A stretch of DNA of 64,000 nucleotides, from NCBI RefSeq assembly GCF_016433145.1, contig NC_058135.1, forward strand, positions 62,024,904 through 62,088,903, read 5' to 3'. The notes beneath the pieces are model-generated. The model was given only the letters and a program-made list of their open reading frames with translations. It was not told where the DNA came from and ran no database searches. Source of the stretch: Gracilinanus agilis. Taxonomy: Eukaryota. The position numbers and the translations under genes were made by a program. This document shows positions 62,615 to 64,000 of this stretch, piece by piece. Numbering within the stretch: the stretch's first letter is position 1; each line of letters begins with the position of its first letter.

Positions 62615-62845
62615 ATGACAGCTTGCAGTAAAGTAGATAGAACATTATACTTGGAATCAGGAAGACTTATCTTCACAAGTTCAAATCCAGCCTCAGATAC
62701 TAGCTATGTGACCCTGGGAAAGTCATTTAACCCTTTTTGCCTCTGTTCCTCATCTGTAAAATGAACTAGAGAAAGGGAATAGCAAACCACTCCAGTATAT
62801 ACTGCCAAGAAAACCCCAAATGGGGTAACACGACTGAACAATATA
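62615..62845 (+). mobile_element. Mar1 CORE-SINE
   Basis: gcaaaccactccagtat...gccaagaaaaccccaaatggggt. Confidence 0.85.
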
Positions 62846-64000
62846 CAACTGCATAGTGATGAAAAGGGTAGACTTAGAGATATGAAAGATCTGGGCTTGA
62901 ATCCCAGCTATGACACTTCCTACTTAGAACCTCAGTTTTTTCCATCTTGAAAATGAGGGTGTTAATACATATTCGAGACCCCTCCCCCCAGTACAAAAGT
63001 GCTTGGTAAGCTTTGAAGAGCTGTAGATGTGTGCATTATATTTCTTGACATTATGTCATTAATGCATTTTAAAATTGCTTCATTCTGATTTCAAGAATGT
63101 TTAAAGGAGGGGTCTTTCCTTCACTTGGGATCCATGGTCTATGAAGAGATTTCAAGAGGCTAATGAAGTTGATTGGGGAAAATTAGATTTGTTTTCACTA
63201 ACTTTTAAGTGAAATTTATCATTTCCTTTAATTATTTAAAAAATAATTCTGTGAAAGTGTTCATAGAGTTCACCAGACTCTGCCCCCAAAGAGTTCCATG
63301 ACATAAAAATGATTTTAAATGCCTGTTTTAATGGATTTTCTAAAAGAATTCAATTTTCAGATTTTAATTATACCTAGTATTTTTCAGATCATATAGTTAT
63401 TCCTTCCTGAAATGCTTTAAAGATCCAGAGTGCTGGTTATCTCATCTAGTCTGTTCTTATTTCTTGGACATGAAGTCTAGGATTTTCCTTTGGAATCTAT
63501 TTCCAATGGAATCTCCTAGTGCCATAGGACAGAACTGAAAATAACAGCAATGTTGATTGATTACAAAATGGAAGAAATACTGCAAACTTGTTCCAAAAAG
63601 GAGAGCAGATGACATCTTCTAGCTCGGTTTCCATTTCAAACAAAGAGACAGTGGAACAATCAGAAGACTGCCAGGGGAAATTAATTCAATATGGCTGGAA
63701 GCTGGAACACCAATAAAACCCAGCTTCAGACATCTTGGTCACATGCTACAAAATCAACACAAAAAGATAGAGGGTGTCTGTTTTGTTTTTACACTTAACT
63801 TTGGCTGCAGCCACAAGATATTCAAAACATGTAATGGATTCTCTTTTCTGGGGATTTACGATTTGATTTAATTGTTCATGACAGCATCCTCACCACATCA
63901 TGTGCTACAAAGGAGAAAAAACTTCTCAAGTGAAAAAAGGATGACAGAAACAAAGAAGTAATTTATTGTCCATTAAAGTTGCAGCAGGTTCCCCAGGTCA

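Overview
This is AT-rich, CpG-poor, repeat-dense marsupial DNA. The SINE1_Mdo-type, Mar1 and Mar3 SINEs and the opossum-type L1 point to a didelphid opossum (Monodelphis-like); this is an inference. I recognise no host protein-coding gene, tRNA, rRNA or CRISPR array, so the window looks intronic or intergenic. Main content: (1) two L1 copies of one family in opposite orientation. One is minus-strand with an open ORF1 running off the left edge; the other is plus-strand, bounded by target-site duplications (TSDs), with a nonsense mutation in ORF1 and most of ORF2 hidden in an assembly gap. (2) Two young ~195-bp hAT MITEs with 8-bp TSDs, one nested in a SINE. (3) Fossil RTE and CR1/L3 reverse-transcriptase fragments. 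(4) About 18 Mar1 SINEs plus many MIR, Mar3, L2 and old L1 pieces and microsatellites. (5) An unexplained ~200-bp direct duplication bracketing a candidate 114-nt minus-strand exon. The most notable observations are the ORF1 coiled-coil heptad copy-number difference (5 vs 2) between the sister L1s, the MITE that may belong to a horizontally transferred family, and the duplication/exon unit at 13.4-14.7 kb. Repeat family names are from recognition by eye, and coordinates of old repeats are approximate.
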